Numbered from the whole stretch's first letter, positions 1-13,407 are shown. The stretch: 63,817 bases of DNA, filler included, from Reticulomyxa filosa (GCA_000512085.1; 27 parts of 27 records of this genome joined end to end with filler, not necessarily neighbours in it), one strand, 5' to 3'. Made by a program: numbers and translations. The notes: generated by a model from the sequence alone, not told the origin.

Positions 1-139
1 TTATTAATTCAAAATTAGATAAGATCATTATTAATCAATGCTTGATTGATTAATGATTTCAATAACATTATTTCAATATATATTATGTTTTACATTCAAT
101 TTTCTTTTTTTAAAAAAATCTAAATAATATACAAATAGG

Positions 140-320
140 TAAAATACTTCAAGCTATCAAAAATTTTACGATGACATTCTGATTTTGTGAACAGTGTAAA
201 TTTTTCTAAAGATAGAATAAAAGTTGCTTCAACGTCATGTGATAAAACAATTTGAATATGGTATGTATGATCAGGCAAAGAGATAAAATATTTGAATTAC
301 ATTCACTATGAAGTGATACT
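140..320 (+). pseudogene. Degenerate WD40-repeat fragment
   Basis: Translates as R*HSDFVNSVNFSKDRIKVASTSCDKTI*IWYV*SGKEIK, a WD40 repeat like the 6911-7791 gene with in-frame stops. Confidence 0.7.
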
Positions 321-639
321 GAACACTTATTTATTCGATATGAAGTAATCAATAATAAATATTTATATCTTGTCTTTTTGTTTATGTGACAGATAATTTG
401 TAAAGATTATTAAAATTCTTAATCTTGAATATACCAACGAGTATCAACGTAAAGTTTGTCTGTTCCAATTTTGTGAATGAGAAATTAAAATTGTTAGAAA
501 AGATAACAGACTTCAATATTATCAATTTTTTCTTAATGATTTTGTAGCTTTACACAAACTGCACAAATACTTAAAAATCGGAGATTCAATATGGGGAACA
601 ATTTGAAACCAACTTTCCAAAGTGTGAGCAGATTGGGAA

Positions 640-2672
640 ATGGATTGTTCAACATTCCAATGTGAAAATATCAAGCAATTACGCAGGCAGGTACTTACAT
701 TAATTCAAACATGCCAGAGCCAGGCCGAAATAATCGCTGAAAAAGAAAAGCAACTGAATGATGTTAATATAAAATCAGTCGATCTAGATCGACGAGTGAA
801 AGGCACACAACAGCTTGGTCAAATCTTTTGCGTTATTTTCGTTTGTTCTTGTATCTTTTTTTTTAAGTAACAAAAAAACTCAATATGCCATAGAAAATGT
901 GATATCTTGAGAGAGATTATGGAGAAGAGTGTAGAAATGGCACAAAGGGCACTTTACCAGTGGAACGATTCAAAAAATGATTGTGAATCATTACGAATGA
1001 AATGCAGCCATTTGCAAAGTCAAATTGAAATCTATCAGAAAGTTAATCATAATAAAAAAAAGAGAAAAGAAAAAGTGGCCTAGCTGCCAAACATATTTTC
1101 AATCAAATGCTTCAATGTGAATAGAGCCAAGAAGAGACCATGACAAAACTACAAGAAAATGAGAAAGAGGTATTAGATAATTGAATAATACAATAGAATG
1201 TTTATTGTTTGAGCACTTTCCTCGGTTTGTTTTGTTTTCTTAAGCTATCCAATCAAATCATGTCCTGTGGTGCAAAAGACAAGAAAATCGAGGAATTATT
1301 TCGCGAACTGAAACAAACAAAAGAACAAAATCAAGTCACTGAAACAAAATTTAATAATATTTACACGAAATTCATGGAAGAAAAGCTGCTGAAGACTCAA
1401 GGTTCCTTTTTTGTAAGATATTACAAATTATTTTGTTGCATAATTTTTTTTTATTGCTGAAATAGTTGAAAGTGCTAAAGAGATGCTACGAGACGAAGTC
1501 GCAGCTTTAAAAGCTATGTTTTTTTGTTAGAGTAATTTGAGTTGCGTTTTTCATTTTTGTCTATACTTTTCAAACCAATCAAAAATTTTTTACAGAGAGA
1601 AATAGACGTACTGCGACATCAAAACAACAATACACTGTTATCAAAAGATGCTACTTTGCAAGGACATCTGTCTACCATCAATGAACTGAAGCAGCAGATG
1701 CAATTGTTAGGCTATATACTTCTGGAGAGAGGAGATGTTTGATCTTTTGTGTACAGTCGTATTACAGTTAACATTTTTTTTTCCGTCCAACCAATCAATT
1801 TTTGATAGAGCACAACAGCAAATTGGAGAACGAGAAAAATGGTGGCAAACGAAACTTGAAAACGAAACAAAAACGAGAGAAGTTACAACAAATTTTTTTT
1901 AGGATAAAAAATTTCAAACAGAACTATGAACACAAAATCCAGCAAAAAATAAGTGAATTACAAGGCGAATTACTACGATTGTATCAAGAAAAAAAAAATG
2001 AAAGTCAAAGAACTGCTATCGCATCAACTACAACTAATAATTCATTTGGATTGCGTTTGGATGACAGTACGTTAGGTATTAAATTAAATGAAACAGATGA
2101 CTGTAATCGACCAGGTATTTACTAGTATTTGTAAAAGTTGTTTTTTTATCTCATTGCTTGTTAAAATAACAAAACACTTGAAAGCAAGTGCCGGCAGCAA
2201 TAAAATCGATCAAAAAGAAAAGAAAAGTGACAGTATCGAAACGAAAGCAAATGTCGAAAAAACAAATCAAAAAATAACATCTAAAAATAAAAAACAAAGG
2301 AGTGCAAATGCACAAGGTCCTCTTGACAGGAAAGACGAAACCTCCGAAAAAGCACAATCTAAAAAAACAAAACAAAAGAACAGCAAAGATAAAGAAAATA
2401 GCTCAAAACCTCATTGGCCAGATTCCAATAATTGGAACGCTCCCAAAAACAGAACATACAGTATTAAAAATAAGCCCAAAAAGCACAAAATATATTTACC
2501 AACATTGCGATTTGTTTGTACGAATGATGAAAATAATGAACCAACGAATAATACAATTGGTGAGACTCTCCCCACACCGTCAAAAAGGAGAAAGCTTCAC
2601 AGTAAAGTTGTTCAAGATTTGACCACTAATTCTTACCATGATATCGACACGCAGAGCCCGACCCCAACGTGA
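640..2672 (+). CDS. Multi-exon coiled-coil protein with a basic, low-complexity C-terminus; function unknown
   Basis: Successive E/K/Q-rich heptad ORF segments (640-, 1209-, 1542-, 1802-, 2088-) are separated by short T/A-rich introns ending in AG. Confidence 0.6.
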
Positions 2673-3253
2673 AAGTTAGCAGGGATTAGTTTGGTTTTGC
2701 TTGAAGTTTTTTTACTCGTTGTTTGAAATCTTCAAAGGTTAGTACAAGAATTGACAGCGAAAAGAAGTGAAAACCATCAAAATAAAGTATAACAGTTGTC
2801 ACTGCATATATCTCGAGTTTTTTAGTTAGCGAAATTTGAAACTCCAGGCGTCTCAAATTTGTGTCTGAAACAACCCCTTCTTGCTATGTTCTCAATCAAA
2901 AATACTGTAATAAATATGTTGAACCGTTAATCACTTAAAATTGTCATAAAAATACTGTGACCAATGAGAACATATAATGTGTTCTAAAACAAACTTTTTT
3001 CAAATATAAAAATTGAATTAACAATACATATGATATTGAAATCATATATTCGTTTCATCTTGAATCTATTTGACAAGCTGCATGAATTTATCAAAATAAA
3101 GAACAAAACTTAAGCAGAGTGCATTGAGAAAAGCAGAGACCCAGTAAAAAATAGTTTTTCTAAATTGGATAAGTGAAAAGTAAAGAATATGGTGAAATTC
3201 TATTTATTTAAAAAACACCACAAAATGAATGATTTTGAATAAAACAATTTTCT

Positions 3254-3790
3254 TTATCGTGGAGATGATGCATTTTCTGATGTGGCTTGAGTTTTTTGAT
3301 TTTTTTGAAATTCGCAAATGGCTTCTAAAGTTTCATTAATTTCGACCAAATCTTGTCGAATGCCTTGGGCCCAATTTCTGACATCTCCTAATTGCCGTAA
3401 GGATTCATTCAATACGTTGTACTTCTTGGTCCACTTTTGAACCTTTGCTGTGAATTGGAGACTAGCGCGTTGTAATTCCTATAAAATTAAATTTGGCTGA
3501 AATAAAGGTGCGAAATAGTTAGAAATTTGCCAGAATTAAAAGAAAAAACTTTTTGTATATTGGCACTTAACAGTAGTGGCGTCCTTGATCTTCTTCTGAT
3601 TGGTATAAATTTGTGCAACCCCATTTCTGACATCCAATAATACTGTATTAGACATTGCTGTTAAGCTGTTCAAACATTCGTCACGTAATTCTTTTCGCTC
3701 TTGTGTTTGTTGTTGCCTAAGCTCCTTATACTTGGCAATAGTTTGTTGTAAGTTTTGAATTCCTTCATTTGGGATTGGCTGCGCTGTCAT
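3254..3790 (-). CDS. BLOC1S1: BLOC-1 subunit 1 (BLOS1/GCN5L1)
   Basis: Two exons: ...DVRNGVAQIYTNQKKIKDATT / ELQRASLQFTAKVQKWTKKYNVLNESLRQLGDVRNWAQGIRQDLVEINETLE. This matches the BLOS1 'GVAQAY.NQ' and 'LGDVENWA' motifs. Confidence 0.85.
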
Positions 3791-4366
3791 TTGTTTGGCT
3801 TTGAATGATTATATATTGAAAAAGGAAAAACCAAATATTTGTAGTAAGGAGAACTTGTAAATTACAAGGCCAAAAGAGACTTATTGTCAAATCCTACTTC
3901 TTTTATTTAAAATTGATAGTGGTAACAAAGATACAAATGTTACCAATGACAAAATGTTTACGCATGTCTTTTTTTTGTTTCTTGTATGGATCCATTAAAA
4001 AACTAAACTTGGAAAATTGGGAATAATTTCAATTTATTAACTTTTTTCTTACAAATTAAAGATATTTCGAATGTGATTGTGATTTTGAATTTTCCTTTCA
4101 ACAAATACGTTGTAAGTAGATATGACAGCCTATCATTTGGAAAAGCTTAAAAGAAATGTATATTTTTTGATTTAATCGATTTGATAAAAAAGGCTTCAAA
4201 AGCAAATCTTAGTTTGGTAACGTTTAAATTAGAACAAAAAGACCACGCAAATTTGGCAACAATGAAGTATTACTGGGTCAGTGTTTGTCATTTCTTTTAT
4301 GAGTTAAATCGTCCTTAAAGAACACACGCAAAAATTGAAGTTTTTTTTTTCTCCTCCTTTTTGAAA

Positions 4367-5060
4367 TCATCCCAAAATGGAATCAGCTGCGGCATCAGCG
4401 TCCCAGCCGTGTTTGACCAACTCTGCTCTAGCGTGATCTCTTTTCACTCCCAATTCCATTATTTTTTTGATTTTTTGTTCTTGTTCATCAATTTTTAGTC
4501 CCTCTTTTGCATACTTCTGTGTCCATTCTGCGGCTTGCTTTGCAAACTCTTTTGGGCTTGTTTTGTATTGTTTGGCAACTTGTGCGTCCTATCAAAACGT
4601 TTGGACACATTTTATTATTATTTTTTTGCAAAATCGCAACATTCCCAACATTTTTTTGTTTTCTTTAATTCTTTCATTGGAGATTTAAAGATTTCACCTG
4701 AGGATCATCTGGTTCTGGAGTGCACAGAAGTGCTTGTAAAGACAATAAAACAGTACGTATAGTCATCGCTGGAGACCATTGATCCTTAAGAATATCCAAG
4801 CAAATGGCACCCGTTTGTGAGGATATGTTGGGGTGCCAGACGCGTGTGTTAAAAGTGCATTTTGGAGGAGCAAATGGGTATTGATCTGGAATTTGAATGT
4901 CGACTGTAAAGATTCCTCCTTCATATGGAGTGTCTTTGGGTCCAATCAACGTCCCAACCCAGTGCTGCATGTCTGTACCAACTACTTCAGCTTCAACACC
5001 TGAACCATCTTTCTTCTTCTTTTGAAAATCTTTTAATTCTTTTTTTATTCTAGCTTGCAT
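4367..5060 (-). CDS. UBE2K: Ubiquitin-conjugating enzyme E2 with C-terminal UBA domain (UBE2K/Ubc1/UBC27)
   Basis: HPNISSQTGAICLDILKDQWSPA catalytic motif. After an intron at about 4590-4697 the protein reads DAQVAKQY...KIKKIMELGVKRDHARAELVKHGWDADAAADSILG*, a UBA-like tail. Confidence 0.93.
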
Positions 5061-5436
5061 TGTTGCGTAGCCGATGTATCCGACAATCCACAAAAAAAAA
5101 TGAATAAAGTTCTTGTCTTTCTCTTCTTGTGCATTGTTTTTGTTAAATTTTCAGCTGTCTTTTATCAAATTTATGAATATGTTCTTCTGTTGCAATTTGT
5201 AATTTTTTTTACTTCTCTTTTGATTAAATTGCAAATGCTATTTGAACAATACTTTTTGTTGTCAATTTGATTTTCAAAGATGATCACACATTAATCACAA
5301 GACAATATTTTTCACCATTTTTTCAATTGGAACTGGTTTAAGTGATGTTTTTTCAAATTCAATCATCTATTTAACTACGTTAGTACATTATATAGTCTAT
5401 TTCTAAATAATATAGATACATAAAAAAATCATAATG

Positions 5437-5536
5437 NNNNNNNNNNNNNNNNNNNNNNNNNNNNNNNNNNNNNNNNNNNNTTAATTAATTAANNNNNNNN
5501 NNNNNNNNNNNNNNNNNNNNNNNNNNNNNNNNNNNN
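5437..5536. other. Artificial contig-joining spacer (first of 26 identical spacers)
   Basis: N44-TTAATTAATTAA-N44 recurs identically. The 12-mer starts near 5481, 6634, 9844, 11625, 13242, 16273, 17587, 19374, 20979, 22404, 24625, 26168, 29538, 31523, 34537, 37663, 39347, 40615, 42673, 44256, 46390, 49664, 51889, 59807, 61029 and 62762. Confidence 0.98.
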
Positions 5537-6169
5537 ACGATAACACCCTAATTTTTTGTTTTGTGTTATTATCGCTTTCTGATGTCTTGTCAATTTTAGT
5601 TTACACTCAAGCTGTTTTAACCCGATTGCAAAGCGATTCAAGCATTCACAATCTTAAAATATGTTGAATACAACACAGCGGTTCCTTTAGGTTCATTTGA
5701 CTTACCTGCTAAAGAGCCAAATGCTTCATAACTTATTGTAAATATTCAAACAAATCCTTTTGTTGAGAAAATCTCATTTTTAAAACAATTCCTGATATAA
5801 AAAATGAAAAAAAGAGAAACCACGTTACAGGCATATTTCAGAACTTCGTCTTCGAGAAGTGATCAAAAAGAAATTGAAGAATACCGAAAAGAAGGAAGGC
5901 AACTTGCTTACTTTTTAATCAAAATTAGCAAGCACTGACAGGCTTTCTTGAAATCAAATTGCTACTGATTCAAGCAATAATGTGCAAAATGTACAAAGCA
6001 TTTGATAGTAGTAAATTGTTCAAGTCTATTATTTCTTGAATATATTTATACATATTTTAAACTGTGTTCAATATATGAATAGTAATTTTACTTATATATT
6101 TTTTCTCATTTAAGATATTACAGAATATTTACATCCAATATTTTACATAAATTTTTTAAAATTTCATTA

Positions 6170-6390
6170 TTTCAGTTCCCCATAATCGAATTGTCTATCA
6201 TCTGAGCATGAAATAATGATACGTCCATTTGGTGAAAATTTTACAGTAATGCTTGATTAGCATATCCTCTAAAAATTTTAAGTTATTTTATCCTATATTC
6301 GAATAGTATGATCACATGATAATTTTGCAACAATCTGTAGAAAAGCTTATACTGTTAACTGTATTGTTATGTGTTTGTAAAATCATTGTT
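6170..6390 (-). pseudogene. Degenerate WD40-repeat fragment
   Basis: ITVKFSPNGRIIISCSDD...IRLW with frameshifts. Confidence 0.55.
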
Positions 6391-6724
6391 AATTCAAAAT
6401 CTTATATATTTTTTAAAAATAAATTATAGTAACAGTTATCTACAGTAGGTCGTATAAAAAACTGAACACCTAAAATGCCACCTTATGAAGATTATTATTT
6501 TCTCCATGAAAAACAGATATTTAATACTAATTTTTTAAAAATATCTACAAATTTTGTAGTTTTTAAATGTAGAATTAATTTTTGAATAANNNNNNNNNNN
6601 NNNNNNNNNNNNNNNNNNNNNNNNNNNNNNNNNTTAATTAATTAANNNNNNNNNNNNNNNNNNNNNNNNNNNNNNNNNNNNNNNNNNNNTGTGTTTTATT
6701 TCAAGTCTTAAACAAAAAAAAAAA

Positions 6725-7791
6725 GTCAGAGAAAGAGATAAAAATAGTTATTCAAAATTGGATTCGGCTTTCTCTTGTTAAATTTGTATGGGTATATGAT
6801 CTAAACAGAATGATTGCTAAATATGTTGAGTATTTTGTTGTTTTTTTTTTTTTTTTTTGGATAAAATTGAAATGCTTTATTGTAATTAATACATCACTAT
6901 TCAACATAGGCCAAAACATTTAAAATATTAAAAATCTTACAAGGACATGAAGGTATCGTAAGAAGTGTACGATTTTCACCAGATGGTCACAAGATTGTTT
7001 CATCTTCAGATGATAAAACTATTCGATTATGGGACATTGTGTCAGGAAAACAAATTGGAATTTTTCAAGGACATTCCAACTTTATCTTCACAGTAGAATT
7101 TTCACCTGATGGACATATGATTGCATCTTGCTCAGAAGATAAAACAATTCGATTATGGAATGTAATATCAGGAAATGAAATAAGAAAATTAGAAGGACAT
7201 TCAAATTCAGTATATGATATAAACTTTTCTCCAGATGGTCAAAGAATTATTTCATGTTCATTTGATAAAACAATTCGAATTTGGGATATACATTCTGGAG
7301 AAGAAATACAAAAATTAAAAAGTCATCAATTAATAATAAATAGCGTGAAATTCTCTCCAAATGGTAAAATGATTGTATCATCATCTAATGATGAAAGCAT
7401 TATCTTGTGGGACGCAAAAACTGGTAAAAAATTGAAACAATTAAGACATCCTGCTTCTGTAAGACGTGCAATATTTTCTCCATGTAGTCAATTTGTTGTG
7501 ACATGCTCTTATGATAAAATAATTCGAATATGGGATGTAAAATCAGGAAAATTATTGGAACAATTGGAAGGACATTCTGATGTGGTATATGAAGCGAAAT
7601 ATCTATCAGATGGTCAGACCATTTTATCTTGTTCAAGAGATTCTACAATCTATTTATGGGATATAAAATCAAAATCTAAAATACAGAAATTAGAAAGATT
7701 TTCTGATCCTGTAACAGGAATAGATATTTCACCCGATAGTTATACAATTGTGTCGTGTTCTTATGACAAAACAATTACAATTTGGGAATGA
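6725..7791 (+). CDS. WD40-repeat protein (about 7 repeats) of an expanded family; 5' partial
   Basis: Repeated GH-x-V-x-FSPDG-x-I-x-S-x-DKTIRLWD units from 6911. A short upstream exon (IKIVIQNWIRLSLVKFVWVYDLNRMIAKY) precedes an intron. Confidence 0.9.
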
Positions 7792-8135
7792 TAAAACATA
7801 TACGTGTGTATGAAAAAAAAAGTGTTTTATTTTATTTGAATTAACATATAAAAATAGAATAACTAAATTAAAATAAGTTACAATATTATTTGTGCAATCA
7901 ATTATACTTTAGTTATGGATACTTTACATTTTTCTGCATCTTTCTGTAGAACCGAAAATCTTTGCCAAACTTGAAGACAAATATTATATACTTTTTTTGA
8001 CACATTTTTTCACTTTAATTATCAATATTTCCAATGCAATTATTTTGAAACGTTGGAGACGTTTTTCCTTTTCTTTTTTTTCCTCTGACAACAAAAAAAA
8101 ATCGTACAAAGGTTTATTCTACCCTTTTTATTGCG

Positions 8136-9155
8136 TATGAAATGGACGTGGTGAAGAAGGAGTCTCTTAATTGGGAAAAAAGAGTTACGACAGTATTGAA
8201 TTCATGGGTCGTCGTAGTCAAGTATTTTCCAGCAGAACTACACCAGTTGGTCATAAAATTTTGCAGTTGACTGTCCCAACAAAAAAAAAAAACAAAAATA
8301 AAAAATAAAAAAATATACAAAAAATAAAACAGAAGAAAACTTTTATTGGAGTGCAGTGCAGAAAGGAAAATTAGTAGTGCATATAAACGAAGACACGGTG
8401 GAGTTCAGAGGCGAACGACCGAGCATTGCGGTTGGTGGTTACATCATAGATGCAATGATACATCCTGTCTATTTTGCCTACCAATTTCAAATATTATCTC
8501 CAAAGAAAAAGGGATACTGGAATATTGGTCTTGGTTAGTCTTGCACACGATATCCTTTTATTTTTCAATCTCAACTCCGAAATGAGCACCAACATATACA
8601 TAAATGTCTGTGTATATCAGTCACGAACTTCCCTGTATCATATGAAGGTAAAGCAGTGACCGAAATTGAGGAAGAGCAACTCGATAATAAAAGAGTTTGG
8701 GCTTTGCAAGAATGTAATGCTTTTGGATTTGAGATTGGTTCATCTTCGTTGAATTCTTGTCAATTGGAGCAGCCTATTAAACATGGTGACACCATCCAAT
8801 TTTTAGGTATTTTTTGTTTTTTTTGTTTTTTGTTTGGTGAACAATATGAAAGGATTTGTTGTCATTGCATTTGCTATGTATATATTTTTTTTTAACTCGT
8901 TACCAACGGGGGATGATTTTGATAGTCGATTTCAGTAAGAGAGTGGTTCATTTGGTTCACAACATGCAAACGTACTGTGGGACTGTGTTTAGAGTATTTG
9001 ACGGTAAGGCCTTACCTGCGATATCTTCTTGCTGTTTCAATCGGTGTGTCATTCAATATATTGACGTCCATCAGTTAGCTTCATGGATAAACGATGTGAT
9101 CAAACGAAAGCAAAAGGAAGAAGAATTTCTTGCTATACTTTGGGGAGCTCGTTGA
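8136..9155 (+). CDS. Multi-exon protein with a possible SPRY/B30.2-like beta-sandwich domain
   Basis: Spliced segments YFAYQFQIL...WNIGLG / VTNFP...IKHGDTIQFL / IVDFSKRVVHLVHN...LPAISS resemble the SPRY strand pattern. The start position is approximate. Confidence 0.4.
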
Positions 9156-9405
9156 ATAGATGTTGTTTTTTTTTTTGTAAAAGGTTAATTTTGTTTTATT
9201 TTTGATACGAATTGCATTTGTTGGAAATGTAACTTTATTCGATAACTATGAAACAACTTTTTAACAAATACACATTTCAAAATAAAAATTTACAAAGTAG
9301 AAGTGATATTCACATAATTTAAAACTAATTTTATTTTCACAATGAGATTGCAGGGAAAAAAAAAAAGTTCGTTTTTTTTTTTTACTAATTCAATAAATGC
9401 TTCTT

Positions 9406-9799
9406 CACTCTGTGGACAGTTTATCCGTTAATTTCTTCAGTCTTAATTTTACGTGCGATGTCTCTCATTGAATTCTCCTAACAATGTACTGTAGAGCCTC
9501 CAAGCTTCTTCATAATGTTTACAAGCACTTTTAATTTCTCCAGTCTTCTCAAATATCAATCCCAAATTCCAATTTGAATCGGCTGTGGATTTATTCTTTC
9601 CAAATATTTGATTTTTGATTTCTAATGCTTTGTGATTGTATTCAATCGCTTTATTGTATTGATATCTTTTTTTATAACAAGACCCTAAACTATGATACGA
9701 ATGTGCAACGGAAGTATGATAAAGGCCATGAATTTGCAATCGAATTTTTAAAGATTGTTCATGATGATCAATTGCTTTATCATATTGTCCCATTTTAAA
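9406..9799 (-). CDS. TPR-repeat protein 3' fragment with a frameshift near the C-terminus
   Basis: GQYDKAIDHHEQSLKIRLQIHG...VAHSYHSLGSCY...YNKAIEYNHKALEIK are TPR_12-type repeats. Confidence 0.8.
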
Positions 9800-11019
9800 N
9801 NNNNNNNNNNNNNNNNNNNNNNNNNNNNNNNNNNNNNNNNNNNTTAATTAATTAANNNNNNNNNNNNNNNNNNNNNNNNNNNNNNNNNNNNNNNNNNNNT
9901 GAGAAAAATCATATTCTTTTATTCCAGTTTATTCTATTTGTATGCCGAATGATTCAAATTTTACTACCGACGCAATAAACTGGAATAAAAGAATATAATT
10001 TTTCTCAAAGACTACGAATAATACAAGGCTAATCTTTTTTTAAAAGTATCTACGTGACTTGAAGATTCCTAAAATGAAAATAAAAAGAAAAAAGCTTTTT
10101 ATTTTTGCTTGTTCGACTCTTTTTGCTGTTCATAACCTATCTTACTACAGTCTACTTATTTCTTGTTGCTTTTTCCACTTTGGCTCTATTGACGCTCAGA
10201 CAAAATATAGAGTCCACATAGTCTTTATTTATTTTTTTTTTTTTTGTGCGTCGACGTAACAAGCCAAAAAAAAGAGGCATTTTTAAAAGGCTGTGAGGTT
10301 CCATCAGTGATAAATGTCGACGAAAAGGCAGCAGCACAAAGATCAAAGGGGTTGCATATCATCATTAGCACTTATTATCTCTTTCCTATTCTCATTTAAG
10401 TCAGGTGAAATGTGACTCTGACTGCCAATCAAAAGGAGAAAAAAAAGACTAGTGTCAGTCGTGGAGTGTGAGAAGGTTGGTCGTAAAAGTTTGTGGCTTG
10501 TATCACTTCCTTGCGTTTTACGACTTGATACTGGATCCGAATAACGGCAGGTTGTGTATCCTTGTTGTTTAACCCAAAGGGATTACTCTTGTTGCAGCAA
10601 CAAAAAAAACACAACCATTTGAACAAAGTGAAAAGCAATACGAAGAGTTATTACGACGATTGGAGTGGTGTGAATTGAACAATCACTTGAATGTGAGCTG
10701 TTCTTTTTGAGTGAAGTAAGTTTTTCCACAACAAATCAATCAATACAATCCACTTTGAGCAACGTAAAAAAAATACGTTGCAAAATATTTCAATTTTTGA
10801 AATGCAAATTGAATGAAATGGTACATTTTATCTTTAATATTTCGCAGGTCAATATATTGATTAGTATGTTGTCTTTTCTTGTAACCGTGTTCTACAAAGC
10901 TACAGCTCATTGCGACTGGCTCCAGATTGGGTGTCGTTGTGACCGTACAGTTTACTTTTTTGTGTTACCCTTGTTTAAATTTTTTCACCTTCAAGCAAAC
11001 AACTTTGACAAACCAAAAA

Positions 11020-11580
11020 ATGTTGCTTAACATTTTATTTGCTTCCGCTTTTTTTGTGAAGCTGTCATTGTCCACGTTTGGAGTCGATGTGAGTGCTTAT
11101 ACCAATACTTTTTCGTGTTTGCACTACTCCTACAGTTGCGAATTTATGATTACAAGAGCATGGATGTCATACGGAGCATTTGATTCCAATGCCCCAAAAA
11201 ACCTTGTCAGTCAATATTTTGTGTTGTCGTGTTTTACATAATCACATAATCGAGCTTGACAAACAGGAGAAGAAAAAGTTTGTTTTTTGTCTGTAGGATA
11301 ACGCCGCTTCTGCAGGAGTTGCATACCGAGACGTATATCGTTAATAATTTATTTTTCCTTTCCTAAACAAAACAAAAAAAAAAAGGCATATTTTTTCACA
11401 TATCTCAGTATTTCCTTGCCGAAGTCAATCAGCCAGTTACCAAGTGACACGATGATGGACGACTTGGCATCCAGTTCTGTAAGTGTTAAGCGTAGCCCAG
11501 TGAAGCATTCTAACAACACCTTTGGCGGTTAAGTGCGCGTACATGTACAGTTATTTTTTTATTTTCCTCTTCCCTTCCCC
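11020..11580 (+). CDS. Secreted GH25-family (protist/nematode Lys1-like) lysozyme; 3' partial
   Basis: Signal peptide MLLNILFASAFFVKLSLS, then FGVDVS...FSCL...FMITRAWMSYGAFDSNAPKNL / DNAASAGVAYRDVY / FPCRSQSA. Confidence 0.82.
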
Positions 11581-11872
11581 NNNNNNNNNNNNNNNNNNNN
11601 NNNNNNNNNNNNNNNNNNNNNNNNTTAATTAATTAANNNNNNNNNNNNNNNNNNNNNNNNNNNNNNNNNNNNNNNNNNNNAGACTCAAACAGAACATAAA
11701 ATGGATCCGAGAGAAAGAAAAAAAAAAAAAAGACAAAGTTTTGTATGCAAGAGATTTTATGCTTTGATAAAACATGAGAATTATTGAAGAGTGCAAGAAA
11801 ATGTTAATAAAAGATCTGAAATAAGAATAACAAAAATGTTCAAGATTTTATTCAAAAAAAAAATTTCCTAAA

Positions 11873-12511
11873 TTATTTTATCTCCTCTGTGGGTGTGGGT
11901 GTGGGTGGTGGAGTGGTTTTATCAGGATTAATTGGATTGGTTTCATCAGGATTAATTGGATTGGTAATAATTTTTTTGGTTGTTGTGGTCTCAATTGCTT
12001 TTTTGGCTGTTGTAGGTTCGATTATTCTTTTGTGCCTTTTTTGCGCGTCTTTGGCCAAACCCCTTTTGGAATCATCAAGAAATTCCAATTTGAATCGTTT
12101 CAACTTGAGTGCATACAAGTTATTGACCAAATGATTTTGTAACGCTTTTTGATTTCCACCTTGTTGCATTTTGTTGAGCATTAGACAAGCATCACGTCCA
12201 AATAATAATTCATTGGCAATGTGTCGACGGCGAGCCAATATTTTTTTGCGAAACTCCCTGTTTCGTTCTTCCCATCCTATTTTTTGTCGCTGGTAAAACT
12301 CGTCGCCCACCGCCACTGGGGCACCGTAACCAGGCAGTGTTACTTTCTCTCTCGACTCCGGATCATACCAACGTCGAGATATATACCCATTTTTGGCAAG
12401 GGAAAAAGATAATGGGATCTTTTTCAAACAATGTCCGTCAAAGCGGCCCAACATTTTTTTCTTCGGCCCCTTGTGTTCCTTTTCTTCTTTCTCTTTCCAA
12501 AGTTTTCCCAA
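11873..12511 (-). CDS. Hypothetical protein in a homopolymer-rich, probably error-prone contig
   Basis: 212-codon ORF ending in TNPINPDx/PT repeats; no family recognised. Confidence 0.35.
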   Translation of the reverse strand: MGKLWKEKEEKEHKGPKKKMLGRFDGHCLKKIPLSFSLAKNGYISRRWYDPESREKVTLPGYGAPVAVGDEFYQRQKIGWEERNREFRKKILARRRHIANELLFGRDACLMLNKMQQGGNQKALQNHLVNNLYALKLKRFKLEFLDDSKRGLAKDAQKRHKRIIEPTTAKKAIETTTTKKIITNPINPDETNPINPDKTTPPPTPTPTEEIK

Positions 12512-13407
12512 GACTTTTCAAAATTTCTGGAAAAAATGTTGGTAGTTACCCAAAAAAAATAATATTTTGAATCTTTGGAAATAGATTTGATGCAAAAACC
12601 AAAAACACAAGAAATTCTTTTTTTGCAACTTTTCTCGTTGAACTTTTCTTTTGTGGAGTATTGAATTTTTGGGAATTTTCCAATTTTTTTTCATTTTTTT
12701 TTCGTAGTACACGTATTCTAATTTATTCCTGCTTTTTTTTTCTTAGACATTTCTCGTGCAGAAAATAATAAATCAACGATCATAAAAAGCATTCGTAGCC
12801 TTCAGTACTAACGCGCGACTAAACCTCTCACGAATAACAACAAAGTATCCGCGAATTTCTTTTGGCTTACATTTAACAAGAGCATAGCACAAGTGTGTAC
12901 ACCAGTGGTTTTTTTTTTTTTTTTTTTTTTGAGAGTGAAACGTCCATGACATCAACGAGACAACCCAATAACAATGAAAGTGTTGTCACTTGTAGTTTTT
13001 TTTTTTGTTTTTTTTTATGCAAAAGGGGAGGGGGGGGGGGAGGGTTTTTTGGATTTTCATGGGAGGTAAAAAGTTTGGAACGAAGCAACATTTGAACTTG
13101 TCAAACAAACAAAAAAAAAAAAAAATGAAAACAAAAACACGTGATAGGAGGAAAAAAAAAAATGAATTACAAAGACAAACAATACAATCCATCACAANNN
13201 NNNNNNNNNNNNNNNNNNNNNNNNNNNNNNNNNNNNNNNNNTTAATTAATTAANNNNNNNNNNNNNNNNNNNNNNNNNNNNNNNNNNNNNNNNNNNNCAC
13301 CCCTAGCTGTTATGAGGTAGAACACCTCAAGGAAACCATTCCCCAGGCTAGTGTTACAAGTTCTCCATATTTAAACATATCCCATCTCGCTTTCTAAAGT
13401 CTACGGG

